A stretch of DNA of 45,421 nucleotides from Alphaproteobacteria bacterium. GTDB taxonomy: Bacteria > Pseudomonadota > Alphaproteobacteria > Rhodospirillales > 2-02-FULL-58-16. Positions 36,423-45,245 of this stretch are shown here, in pieces. How positions within the stretch are numbered: position 1 is the stretch's first letter; each line of letters opens with the position of its first letter. Position numbers and translations under genes: made by a program. The notes under the pieces are model-generated. The model had not been told where the DNA came from. It was given only the letters and a program-made list of their open reading frames with translations, and did not search any database. Location: NCBI GenBank assembly GCA_024278615.1, contig JAJRSS010000254.1, forward strand, positions 1-45,421. The letters are read 5' to 3'.

Positions 36423-37424
36423 TTACGCGGACGGGGAGCCGTTGGAGGAGGTTGATGGCGCTTCGTTCTTCAGGGCTGCAGTTTCCTTGGCATCGCGGGT
36501 GGCCAGCCAGATGGCGCCACCGGGGAGACTGACCGCCAGGGTAACGAAGCCGAAAAGCAAGGACAGCACCAGGGCTTCTTCCCCCGGCACACCGATCAGG
36601 CCGAAAGCAACGACCATGGCCTTTTCGCGCACCCCCCAACCGGCAATGGAAATCGGTATGGTGGTGATGAGGAGTACCGGTGGGATCAAGGCCATGCAAT
36701 CGACCAGAGTCACATTGATTCCGAGACTGACAGCAAGAAGGAACACGCCGAAGGAGACATTGATATGGCCAAGCAGGGACCAGCCCAGCATGGCCGCCGT
36801 CTTGCGCGGCGACAGGAAAGCCCGGCGGGTGTCGGCGGCCATCACCGCCAATCCCCGCACGAGTCGCCAGTGGGATAGGGACCGAGGCAATCGGTCCAGA
36901 ACCATAAGCAGCCCAAGCCCCCCTACTCCGCCGGCGGCAAGAATAGCAATCGTTGGGAGAATCCAGGCACTTTGCCCAGGCTCGATCCGGGACTGGATTA
37001 TCGGCTGGGTGGCCGCCATCACAATGACAAGGGCAAGTACCGTCGCCACCCGTTCCAGGAAGACGCCGTTGATGGCGGCGCTCATGGTCAGGCCGGACCG
37101 GTAGGCCTTGTAGATGCGGATCGCATCGCCGCCCACCGAAGACGGCAAAGTCTGATTAAAGAAAATGCCGATGTAATAAATACGGATGGAATTGATGAAG
37201 GAAAGGGGCGAGCCGATAGCGGCCAGCGCCGCAAGCCAGCGCATGTTGGCCAAGCCTATCTGAAAGATGAATACGGCCAGCGCCAGAATGATCATCAAGG
37301 GCGAGGCTTCAAGAACACTATTCCACGCCTTGGCGATATCCATTTTGTCATCGGCAAGCAAAGACCAGATGAGACCCACAGATACGGTGATCTTGAAGGC
37401 TATGGAAAGCCACTTTTTGAGCAT
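36423..37424 (-). CDS. UPF0104 / lysylphosphatidylglycerol-synthase-like transmembrane (flippase-like) domain protein
   Basis: 333 aa, polytopic. It has the family-typical segment IRIYYIGIFFNQTLPSSVGGDAIRIYK. Confidence 0.8.
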   Translation of the reverse strand: MLKKWLSIAFKITVSVGLIWSLLADDKMDIAKAWNSVLEASPLMIILALAVFIFQIGLANMRWLAALAAIGSPLSFINSIRIYYIGIFFNQTLPSSVGGDAIRIYKAYRSGLTMSAAINGVFLERVATVLALVIVMAATQPIIQSRIEPGQSAWILPTIAILAAGGVGGLGLLMVLDRLPRSLSHWRLVRGLAVMAADTRRAFLSPRKTAAMLGWSLLGHINVSFGVFLLAVSLGINVTLVDCMALIPPVLLITTIPISIAGWGVREKAMVVAFGLIGVPGEEALVLSLLFGFVTLAVSLPGGAIWLATRDAKETAALKNEAPSTSSNGSPSA

Positions 37425-37538
37425 ATAGGGACCGCTGCATGTTTTGAAAACAGCCCGTGTTTATCAGGTTACTATGGCCCTGTCACGGCAAGGTCCGCAG
37501 GGAATCACTCAGAATCACGCCAAATATCAGGCCAAGAA

Positions 37539-38648
37539 TCAGACGGTGGCGGCCGTGATGCGCACCGGCTGGCGCTTGCGGCCCCAGTCCCCGGGAGGAC
37601 CGTCGAACACTCCCGCACAGGCGGCGCCGCATTTGGCGCAAGCACCGTCACCGGTCAGGTTCCAGGCGCCCAGTTCGTACCAGTCGCGGACAATCAGCGC
37701 CTCGCCGCACTGGTGGCAGAAGGTGGTATCCCCCTCGGCGTCGTGCACGTTGCCGGTGTAGGCATAGCGGACGCCGTTGTTGATGGCTGTTCGCCGGGCC
37801 CGGGCCAGGGTCGCCTTGGGAGTCGCTGGAATGTTCATCATCTTCCAATCGGGATGGAAGGCGGAAAAATGCATGGGCACATCGGGGCCCAGTTTTTCAA
37901 CCACCCACTGGGTCATTTCCCGCAGTTCGCCCTCGGAATCGTTTTCGCCGGGGATCAGCAGGTTGGTAATCTCCAGCCAGGTCTGCGTTTCGTGCTTGAT
38001 ATAGGCGAGTGTCTCCAGCACCTGATCCAGGTGGCCAGAGCACAGCCGCCGGTAGAAATCCTCGGTAAAACATTTCAGGTCGACGTTGGCGGCGTCCATG
38101 TGGCGGAAGAATTCAACCCGGGGTTCCGGGCAGATATATCCGGCGGTCACCGCCACGGTCCTGATTCCCCGTTCCCGGCAGGCCTGGGCCGTGTCGATGG
38201 CGTATTCGAGGAAGATCACCGGGTCGTTGTAGGTGAAGGCGACGCTGCGGCAACCCAGGTCCTGGGCGGTGCGGGCGATGGCTTCCGGCGAGGCCTGCGA
38301 AGCCAGGGTATCGAATTGCCTGGACTTGCTGATGTCATAATTCTGGCAGAACTTGCAGGTCAGGTTGCACCCCGCCGTGCCGAAAGACAGGATGGGCGTC
38401 CCCGGCAGGAAATGGTTGAGGGGCTTTTTTTCCACCGGATCGATACAGAAACCGCTGGACCGGCCATAGGTGGTGAGGACGATTTCATCGTTTTCGCAGG
38501 CGCGGACGAAACACAGGCCCCGCTGGCCGTTCCTGAGCTTACAGAACCGGGGGCACAAGTCGCACCGCACCCGCCCGTCATCCAGGGTGTGCCAATAACG
38601 GCCCACAACGGCGCCGGGGAAGGTTTCCGGCGGTAACTGATGGTTCAT
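37539..38648 (-). CDS. amrS: AmmeMemoRadiSam system radical SAM enzyme
   Basis: 369 aa. N-terminal Cys cluster RCDLCPRFCKL...GLCFVR. Radical-SAM motif CNLTCKFCQN. GFCIDPVEKKPL. C-terminal Cys-rich segment CHQCGE...CAKCGAAC. The layout matches the AmmeMemoRadiSam radical-SAM family, and the Memo/AMMECR1 partners lie 3 kb away. Confidence 0.88.
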   Translation of the reverse strand: MNHQLPPETFPGAVVGRYWHTLDDGRVRCDLCPRFCKLRNGQRGLCFVRACENDEIVLTTYGRSSGFCIDPVEKKPLNHFLPGTPILSFGTAGCNLTCKFCQNYDISKSRQFDTLASQASPEAIARTAQDLGCRSVAFTYNDPVIFLEYAIDTAQACRERGIRTVAVTAGYICPEPRVEFFRHMDAANVDLKCFTEDFYRRLCSGHLDQVLETLAYIKHETQTWLEITNLLIPGENDSEGELREMTQWVVEKLGPDVPMHFSAFHPDWKMMNIPATPKATLARARRTAINNGVRYAYTGNVHDAEGDTTFCHQCGEALIVRDWYELGAWNLTGDGACAKCGAACAGVFDGPPGDWGRKRQPVRITAATV

Positions 38649-38729
38649 AGTAAAGAGGTAGGCCCGGTGGTGCCGGCAGTCAATGCGCGGCGGCGCCTTG
38701 TTTCCCTTTCCCGGGCAGGTGTGCCGGCT

Positions 38730-40163
38730 TTATAGAATTTCCGCCGCCCTGAGTTCCTGAACGAAATCGCTCAGCGCCCCCTGCAACCGGCGCAACAATT
38801 CGCCGCATTCATCTTCGGTGATGGTCAATGGCGGCGCGACGATAAACCAATAGCCGTATTTTCCTCCGGAAGCGGGCCGCGAATAGATCATCAGGCCATT
38901 GCGCAAGCCATGCAGTCGAATTTTGTCGGCGGGCTTTATGTGGTGTGGCAACGGGGTCTTGGTTTCCCTGTCCGCCACCAGTTCAACCGCCATCAGCATT
39001 CCCAGCCCGCGAACATCGCCGACAATGGGAATGTCTGGCCGCATGGCTTCGAGACCGGCACGCAACGTCGCGCCCCGTTCCGCAGCCCGGGTGACCAGGT
39101 CTTGGCGGTCAACCTCATCGAGAACGGCCATCCCCGCGGCGCAGGAAACCGGATTGGCGTTGTAGGAATACTGGAACTCAAAGCCGGTCAGACCGGCAAG
39201 TTCATCAACCAAATTCGCCGGCGCGAGCATGGCGCCCAGGGGGCAGTAACCGGACGCCAGTCCCTTCGCCATGGTGACGATATCGGGCAGCGAATCGGGC
39301 CAATGATGGGCGGCGAGGAATTTTCCCGTCCGCCCGAAACCACAGAGGATTTCGTCGAATACGAGATGAACCCCATACCCGCTACAGATTTCCCGAATGC
39401 TGTGGACATATTCCGCCGGCGGCACCACGCAACCGGTGGAAAGACCGCCAATCGGTTCGATGACGAACGCCAGTACGTTTTTCGCCCCAAGATCCCGGAT
39501 CTTGCGGTCAAGAGCATCGGCGCAATGGCGGGCATAGCCTTGAGCATCGTGGTTTTCCGGTAGACGGTAGCTCAAGGGCGCGGGAATTTTCTCGGACATC
39601 ACCGCGAAGCCGTCGAGAAACGGCGCCATCATCACTTCGCCGTTTATTCCCAGCATTGAAATGGTGGCGCCGTGATAGGACGGCTGACAGCTAATGATTT
39701 TGCTTTTCGAAGGCTTGCCGGTGGCGACGGCGTGCTGGCGAAGAAACTTGATCGCGTTTTCCATTGATTCGCTGCCGCCCGAGGTCAGGCTGGCGCGTTC
39801 GAATCCCGGCCCGGCCAAACTGCAGAGACGCGCGGCGTAATCCCTGTTGGCGCAATTTCTGGCCAGCCGGGCGAAGGCGTATTCAACGGTTTTCGCCTGT
39901 GCCGCCATGGCGTCCGCCACCCGTGCATTGCCATGGCCGATGGTGCTGACCACGGGCCCGGAAGAAACGTCCATATATTCGTTGCCGTCTTCGTCCCACA
40001 TATAAACCCCCGAGGCCCGCTCGATCATCGGCAAGGGTACGAAGTTGCTCCTGGCGTAATAGACGTCCTGCGTCCCGCCGGGCAAAGGAAAGGCTGCCTT
40101 GAGAGCATGCTCCGGATCGGTGCCGCTCAAACCTGCGTTCATTGTATTGATTTCCATTTCCAA
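38730..40163 (-). CDS. Class-III (omega-type) PLP-dependent aminotransferase
   Basis: 477 aa. SGGSESMENAIK, FVIEPIGG, DEILCGFGRTG, and the catalytic Lys context TMAKGLASGY. The track start is a TTG; ATGs two and seven codons downstream are alternatives. Confidence 0.9.
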   Translation of the reverse strand: MEMEINTMNAGLSGTDPEHALKAAFPLPGGTQDVYYARSNFVPLPMIERASGVYMWDEDGNEYMDVSSGPVVSTIGHGNARVADAMAAQAKTVEYAFARLARNCANRDYAARLCSLAGPGFERASLTSGGSESMENAIKFLRQHAVATGKPSKSKIISCQPSYHGATISMLGINGEVMMAPFLDGFAVMSEKIPAPLSYRLPENHDAQGYARHCADALDRKIRDLGAKNVLAFVIEPIGGLSTGCVVPPAEYVHSIREICSGYGVHLVFDEILCGFGRTGKFLAAHHWPDSLPDIVTMAKGLASGYCPLGAMLAPANLVDELAGLTGFEFQYSYNANPVSCAAGMAVLDEVDRQDLVTRAAERGATLRAGLEAMRPDIPIVGDVRGLGMLMAVELVADRETKTPLPHHIKPADKIRLHGLRNGLMIYSRPASGGKYGYWFIVAPPLTITEDECGELLRRLQGALSDFVQELRAAEIL

Positions 40164-40225
40164 AATTGCACTAATTATATTCGTATTGTTGACGCAGTAA
40201 TTGAGTCAATGTATTTATTGTACTC

Positions 40226-41614
40226 ATGACAATATGGACGCCCCGGATCACCGGAAGAGCCGGCCCCCGCTACTTGGCCATCGCCGAGAGGATCGCCGAA
40301 AGCATCGCCAGCGGCGATCTCGCCGACGGCGCCAGGCTGCCGCCGCAACGGGACCTCGCCCATGCACTGGGGCTGTCGCTCAGCACCGTGACCCGTGCCT
40401 ATGCCGAGGCCGAACGCCGTGGCCTGGTTTACGGCGAGGTGGGACGCGGCACCTACGTCGGCGGCAGCGGCCCGGCGGATATTTCCATGCTGTTCCACCC
40501 CCGCACCGATGGCGGGATGATCGACATGACAATGAACCTGCCGGCGCCCGGCGACGGATCGGCGATACTGGCGCGAACCCTCACCCGCCTGAGTCAGAGC
40601 GCCGCGCTGGAAACCATACTAGACTATCGGTCCATCGGCGACGGCGATGCCCACGCCGAAGCCGGCGCCGCCTGGATTGGCCGGCTGGGCCTGGAAATTC
40701 CAGGAAGCGAGGTGGTCCTAACCATCGGCGCCCAGCACGGCATCATGGTCAGCCTGATGGCGACCAGCCGCCCCGGTGATCTGATCCTGGCGGAATGCCT
40801 TTCCTATCCGCCCCTGAAGCAAATCGCGCAGCGTCTCAATTTGAAACTGCACCCGGTAGACATGGACGGGCACGGCCTGCTGCCCGAGGCCCTGGATACC
40901 GCCTGCCGTACGACTCCGGCAAGGGTGCTTTACTGCATGCCGACCCTGCACAGCCCGACGGCGGCGACCATACCCGACGATAGGCGGCGCCAAATCGCCA
41001 AGGTCGCCCGGCGGCATGACCTCACCATCATCGAAGACGACGTCTTCGGCTTCCTGCCTGAAGCACGGCCGCTTCCACTGAGCGCAATCGCGCCCGAACG
41101 CAGCCTGCTGGTCACCAGCGTTTCCAAAAGTCTCGCCCCGTGGCTGCGGGTCGGCTACGTCCGTGCGCCGGACAACGTTCGCGATGCGATCCGCGCCGCC
41201 GTCCATATGTCGTGCGGAATGCAACCGCCGTTGATGGCCGAGATCGCCCGGCAGTGGATTTCCGATGGCACGGCCGACCGCATGAGCGCCTGGCAGCGCG
41301 AAGAGGCGAAGGCACGCCAGGCAATCGCGCGCCGGATACTCGGACGCTTTCCCTACCACGCCGATCCGTTCGGCTTGCACGTCTGGCTGCCGTTGCCGGA
41401 ACCCTGGCGCACCGAACCCTTCCGCATGGAGGCCGAACGGCGCGGTGTCAAAGTGCTGAGCGGAGATATCTTTGCGGTGGGCAAAACTCCGGCGCCCCAG
41501 GCCATCCGCCTGGCCCTGGGCCGCGAAGCGGGGCAAGAGCGAGTGATCGCCGGTCTGAAAATCGTCGCCGGTCTGCTCGGCGGCAGGGAAAGCCCAGGTC
41601 TTTCAGTGGTATGA
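40226..41614 (+). CDS. MocR/GabR-type regulator (GntR wHTH fused to an aminotransferase-fold domain)
   Basis: 462 aa. wHTH LPPQRDLAHALGLSLSTVTRAYAEAERRGLVYGEVGRGTYV. Fold-type-I domain with Lys context SVSKSLAPWLRVGY. It is divergent from the aminotransferase gene across a 62-nt spacer. Confidence 0.9.
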   Translation: MTIWTPRITGRAGPRYLAIAERIAESIASGDLADGARLPPQRDLAHALGLSLSTVTRAYAEAERRGLVYGEVGRGTYVGGSGPADISMLFHPRTDGGMIDMTMNLPAPGDGSAILARTLTRLSQSAALETILDYRSIGDGDAHAEAGAAWIGRLGLEIPGSEVVLTIGAQHGIMVSLMATSRPGDLILAECLSYPPLKQIAQRLNLKLHPVDMDGHGLLPEALDTACRTTPARVLYCMPTLHSPTAATIPDDRRRQIAKVARRHDLTIIEDDVFGFLPEARPLPLSAIAPERSLLVTSVSKSLAPWLRVGYVRAPDNVRDAIRAAVHMSCGMQPPLMAEIARQWISDGTADRMSAWQREEAKARQAIARRILGRFPYHADPFGLHVWLPLPEPWRTEPFRMEAERRGVKVLSGDIFAVGKTPAPQAIRLALGREAGQERVIAGLKIVAGLLGGRESPGLSVV

Positions 41615-41693
41615 TGGGGGGGGTGATCAACCCTACCGCCGCTCCCTTTACAGACGCCGGGCCGAAGACTAAATAATCCGCAGGACGTGGAAC

Positions 41694-43178
41694 ATGGCTT
41701 CAACACCTACAACCATCAGACCAGCCGCCGTCGCCGGCAGTTTCTATCCCGGTAAGGCCGCCGAGTTGGAGGGCTCGGTGCGGGGGATGCTGGAGGATGC
41801 CAAAGTAGCGGACACCCCGACTATCCCCAAGGCGATGATCGTCCCCCATGCCGGGTATGTCTATTCCGGACCGGTGGCGGCGACCGCCTTCGCCCGCATC
41901 CTGCCCGCCGCCGACACCATCTCCCGGATTATTCTGTTGGGCCCCTGCCACCGGGTGGCGGTGGGCGGGCTGGCGGTGAGCGGCGCCGATTATTTTTCGA
42001 CGCCTTTGGGGCGCGTGCCCGTGGACCCCGTCTTGCGGGAACAAGCGCTGGCCCTGTCCCAGGTTCGGGTGTTCGACGAACCTCATGCCCAGGAGCACAG
42101 CCTGGAAGTGCACCTGCCGTTCCTGCAGGTGGCGCTGAAGGAATTTACCCTGGTCCCCCTGGTGGTGGGACAGGCGACGAACGAAGAAGTAGCCCAGGTG
42201 ATCGATGCCCTGTGGGGCGGACCGGAAACCCTGATCGTGGTCAGTTCGGATCTCAGCCACTACCTGGATTACGATCAGGCCAAACGGTTGGACAGCGCCA
42301 CCTGCGAGGCCATAGAAGACCTGGACCCGGGTCGCATAGACCATGATCAGGCCTGCGGGCGCATTCCCGTGGGCGGCCTTTTGACGAGCGCCAAGCGCCG
42401 GGGCATGGAAGCGGTGACCCTGGACTTGCGCAATTCGGGCGACACGGCGGGTCCCCGCAGCCAGGTGGTGGGCTATGGCGCCTGGGTGTTTACCGAAAAA
42501 GCATCTTCCAGGGGACGGGCCTCCGCACCGGTGCGAAGGGAAGAAGGAAGTGCTAAAGACGAAGACGGTTTCGGCGCTGAAACCCGCGCCCTGTTGGACC
42601 GTCATGGGGTTACCCTGCTGCATGTGGCGGCGGCGTCCATCGAACACGGGTTGAATTCCGGCCAGGCGCTCGCCGTAAACCCGGCTGACCACGCGGATGA
42701 CCTGGGCGAAGACGGCGCCTGTTTCGTCACCCTGAAACGCAAGGGACAGCTTAGGGGATGCATCGGCTCGGCCCAGGCCCACCGGCCCCTGGTGGTGGAC
42801 GTGGCCGGCAACGGATTTGCCGCGGCCTTCAACGATACCCGGTTTGCCAAACTGACCGCCGGGGAAACGGAGGGCCTGCGGCTGTCCATATCCGTGTTGA
42901 GCGCCGCCGCCGAAATATCCTTCCGGGACGAGGCCGACCTTCTGGACCAGCTTCGCCCGGGCGCCGACGGGCTGATCATCGAGGATCGCCAATGCCGCTC
43001 CCTGTTCCTGCCAGCGGTGTGGGATTCCCTGCCCGACGCGAGGCAGTTCCTGGGCCACCTGAAGGCCAAGGCCGGATTGGCCGCCGATCACTGGTCAACC
43101 GGGTTCAGGGCCTGGCGCTTTATCGCCGAGGAAATTTCCACCGATTACCTGGACGATCCGCAATCGGTGTGGCGCTGA
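41694..43178 (+). CDS. AmmeMemoRadiSam system protein B (Memo-like) fused to protein A (AMMECR1 domain)
   Basis: 494 aa. Memo part: AGSFYPG, PHAGYVYSGP, LGPCH, EHSLEVHLPFLQ, SSDLSHY. Charged linker at about aa 268-296. AMMECR1 part: GACFVTLKRKGQLRGCIGS, SISVLS, SLFLPAVW. Confidence 0.9.
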   Translation: MASTPTTIRPAAVAGSFYPGKAAELEGSVRGMLEDAKVADTPTIPKAMIVPHAGYVYSGPVAATAFARILPAADTISRIILLGPCHRVAVGGLAVSGADYFSTPLGRVPVDPVLREQALALSQVRVFDEPHAQEHSLEVHLPFLQVALKEFTLVPLVVGQATNEEVAQVIDALWGGPETLIVVSSDLSHYLDYDQAKRLDSATCEAIEDLDPGRIDHDQACGRIPVGGLLTSAKRRGMEAVTLDLRNSGDTAGPRSQVVGYGAWVFTEKASSRGRASAPVRREEGSAKDEDGFGAETRALLDRHGVTLLHVAAASIEHGLNSGQALAVNPADHADDLGEDGACFVTLKRKGQLRGCIGSAQAHRPLVVDVAGNGFAAAFNDTRFAKLTAGETEGLRLSISVLSAAAEISFRDEADLLDQLRPGADGLIIEDRQCRSLFLPAVWDSLPDARQFLGHLKAKAGLAADHWSTGFRAWRFIAEEISTDYLDDPQSVWR

Positions 43179-43212
43179 GCCCGTGGTCCGGTTATAAAAC
43201 CCGGCTATACCA

Positions 43213-43839
43213 TTGAACCGGGAGTCTCCCTTGTCCGAAGCACGAACCCTCCTTGAAATGGCTGGTGTTGCGGCGACTCCATCCCGCCTCGCCGACGCGG
43301 CGCTGGTGCTCATCGACTGCCAGATGGAATATGTTTCCGGCGGCCTGGTCCTGCCCGGCGTGGAACCGGCGCTTAAGGAAGCCGCCAAGGTGCTGCAAAA
43401 GGCCCGCAACGCCGGCGCGCCGGTGATTCACGTTGTCCACCACGGCAAGCCGGGCGGCGGCCTGTTCAACCCCGAGGGCGCCGGGTCCGCCATCGCCGCC
43501 GCCGTCGCGCCCGAGGACGGCGAGCCGGTGATCATCAAGGCCTTGCCCAACGCCTTCGCCGGCACCGATCTGGCGCAAAAACTTGAGGCCACGGGACGCA
43601 AGGAAATCATCGTCGTCGGCTTCATGACCCACATGTGCGTCAGTTCCACCATTCGCGCCGCCACCGACCTGGGGTATAAAAGCACGGTGGTGGCCTCCGC
43701 CGCCACCACCCGCGACCTGCCGGATGTACAAGGCGGCCAGGGCGGGGTGGTCAAGGCCGCCGACCTGCACCGGGCCGAGTTGGCCGCCCTTGCCGACCGC
43801 TTCGCCACGGTGGCCGAAAACGCGGATCAAATAACCTGA
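43213..43839 (+). CDS. Isochorismatase-family cysteine hydrolase
   Basis: 208 aa (TTG start per track; an internal ATG at 43258 is possible). LVLIDCQMEY (catalytic Asp context), ALPNAF, VVGFMTHMCVSST (nucleophile Cys). It starts 34 nt after the Memo-AMMECR1 stop. Confidence 0.85.
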   Translation: MNRESPLSEARTLLEMAGVAATPSRLADAALVLIDCQMEYVSGGLVLPGVEPALKEAAKVLQKARNAGAPVIHVVHHGKPGGGLFNPEGAGSAIAAAVAPEDGEPVIIKALPNAFAGTDLAQKLEATGRKEIIVVGFMTHMCVSSTIRAATDLGYKSTVVASAATTRDLPDVQGGQGGVVKAADLHRAELAALADRFATVAENADQIT

Positions 43840-44204
43840 ATTTGCAGGAAACGTCGGTACCCGCCATGGCTGGGTGTGGAACCGGAATTTCAAAATCAAG
43901 CCGAAAATGCCGACAAAGAGCGGATCAAATCGTTTGGCCCAAGTACTCGGCAGATAAGCCCCATTTATTTGTGCGACTGTCCACCATATGATGGTGATAA
44001 TCGCGGATGGGCCGTTATGGGCTGAAAGACCAAAAGAATTGATCTCTGACCGGTCCGGCATGCCGCTACCTGAATTCGGGTTTCCAGAAAATTGGATTAC
44101 CTTTGGCTTCTGGCGCACGAGCTGACGGGATTTTTTTCCAATAAAGTTTTTAACTTCGTTTCATTTGAATTGGACCACATACCGCCAATGAAACTGTCTA
44201 GACA

Positions 44205-45005
44205 ATGACCCTGACCATCACTTCCAAAATGGTCGATACCACCGTCGATATCGCCCGCCGGGCGGGGGCGGAGATCATGAAAATCTACGCCACCGATTTC
44301 GACGTGGAATCCAAAGACGACAAGTCGCCGGTGACCGCCGCCGACCGGGCGGCGGAAACATTGATCACCGATGCCCTGCTCAGTGAAGTCACCGGCGCCT
44401 TTCCCATCGTCGGTGAAGAGGCGGCATCCGCCGGCTACATCCCGGACATCGCGGGGACGCCCTTCTGGCTGGTGGACCCCCTGGACGGGACCAAGGAATT
44501 CATCAAGCGCAATGACGAATTCACCGTCAATATCGCGCTCATCGAAAAAGGCCCGGAAAAAAGGAGGCCGATTTTGGGCGTGGTCTATGCGCCGGCCCGT
44601 GGACTGATGTATTGGGGCAGTCCCCTTGGCGCTTTCCTGCAACGGGATGACGAAAACCCGGCCCCGATCGAGGTCAACCATCCGGCGGGACCCCTGGTGG
44701 TCGCCGCCAGCCGTTCCCACCGCTCGGCCCAATTGGATCAATACATCTCCCAACTGGACGTGAAGAAGGAAATCACCGCCGGCAGTTCCCTGAAATTCTG
44801 CCTGGTGGCGGAAGGAAGGGCGGATATCTATCCCCGGTTGGGCCGCACCATGGAGTGGGATACCGCCGCCGGGCACGGGGTGGTTCGCTTTGCCGGCGGC
44901 CATGTGCGGAAAATGGACGGTGAAGAAATGAGTTACGGCAAACCGGGTTTCGAGAATCCCCATTTCGTCGTCAGCGGTAATAAAATTTGTACCAACTTTT
45001 CTTGA
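44205..45005 (+). CDS. cysQ: 3'(2'),5'-bisphosphate nucleotidase (inositol monophosphatase superfamily)
   Basis: 266 aa: SPVTAADRAAE, WLVDPLDGTKEF, WDTAAGHGV. Confidence 0.88.
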   Translation: MTLTITSKMVDTTVDIARRAGAEIMKIYATDFDVESKDDKSPVTAADRAAETLITDALLSEVTGAFPIVGEEAASAGYIPDIAGTPFWLVDPLDGTKEFIKRNDEFTVNIALIEKGPEKRRPILGVVYAPARGLMYWGSPLGAFLQRDDENPAPIEVNHPAGPLVVAASRSHRSAQLDQYISQLDVKKEITAGSSLKFCLVAEGRADIYPRLGRTMEWDTAAGHGVVRFAGGHVRKMDGEEMSYGKPGFENPHFVVSGNKICTNFS

Positions 45006-45144
45006 CCCGGCACACCAACAGGCGCACAATATTAGTGTGGTTGGCTTGCCGATCACGCATTAGCCGCCGCATCCCATGCGGTGACTGCTGTGCCGGGTCA
45101 TTACCGCGGATGGTCCGAGCCGAAAGCAGAAAAAGAGAGTAGAA

Positions 45145-45197
45145 AGAGCCGTCGGAGAATCTCTTCAATACGTTGGGGAGAGTCTGGCGGCTCTTTT
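45145..45197 (+). terminator. Candidate intrinsic terminator (long imperfect hairpin plus T-run)
   Basis: AGAGCCGTCGGAGA (45145-45158) pairs imperfectly with TCTGGCGGCTCT (ending at 45194), followed by TTTT. A second T7 run lies at 45222-45228. Confidence 0.4.
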
Positions 45198-45245
45198 GTA
45201 GTGCTATTTTTGCGGCGCCTATTTTTTTAGACACGGGTCTCTTGA

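Noticed and set aside
45006-45200. Possible SRP (4.5S) or 6S RNA downstream of cysQ, because of the GTGCCGGG and GGTCCGAG..GAAAGCAG strings.
   Set aside because: The order and pairing do not reproduce the SRP helix-8 motif (GGUCC-GGAA-GGAAGCAGCC). The 5' and 3' ends do not pair as 6S RNA requires.
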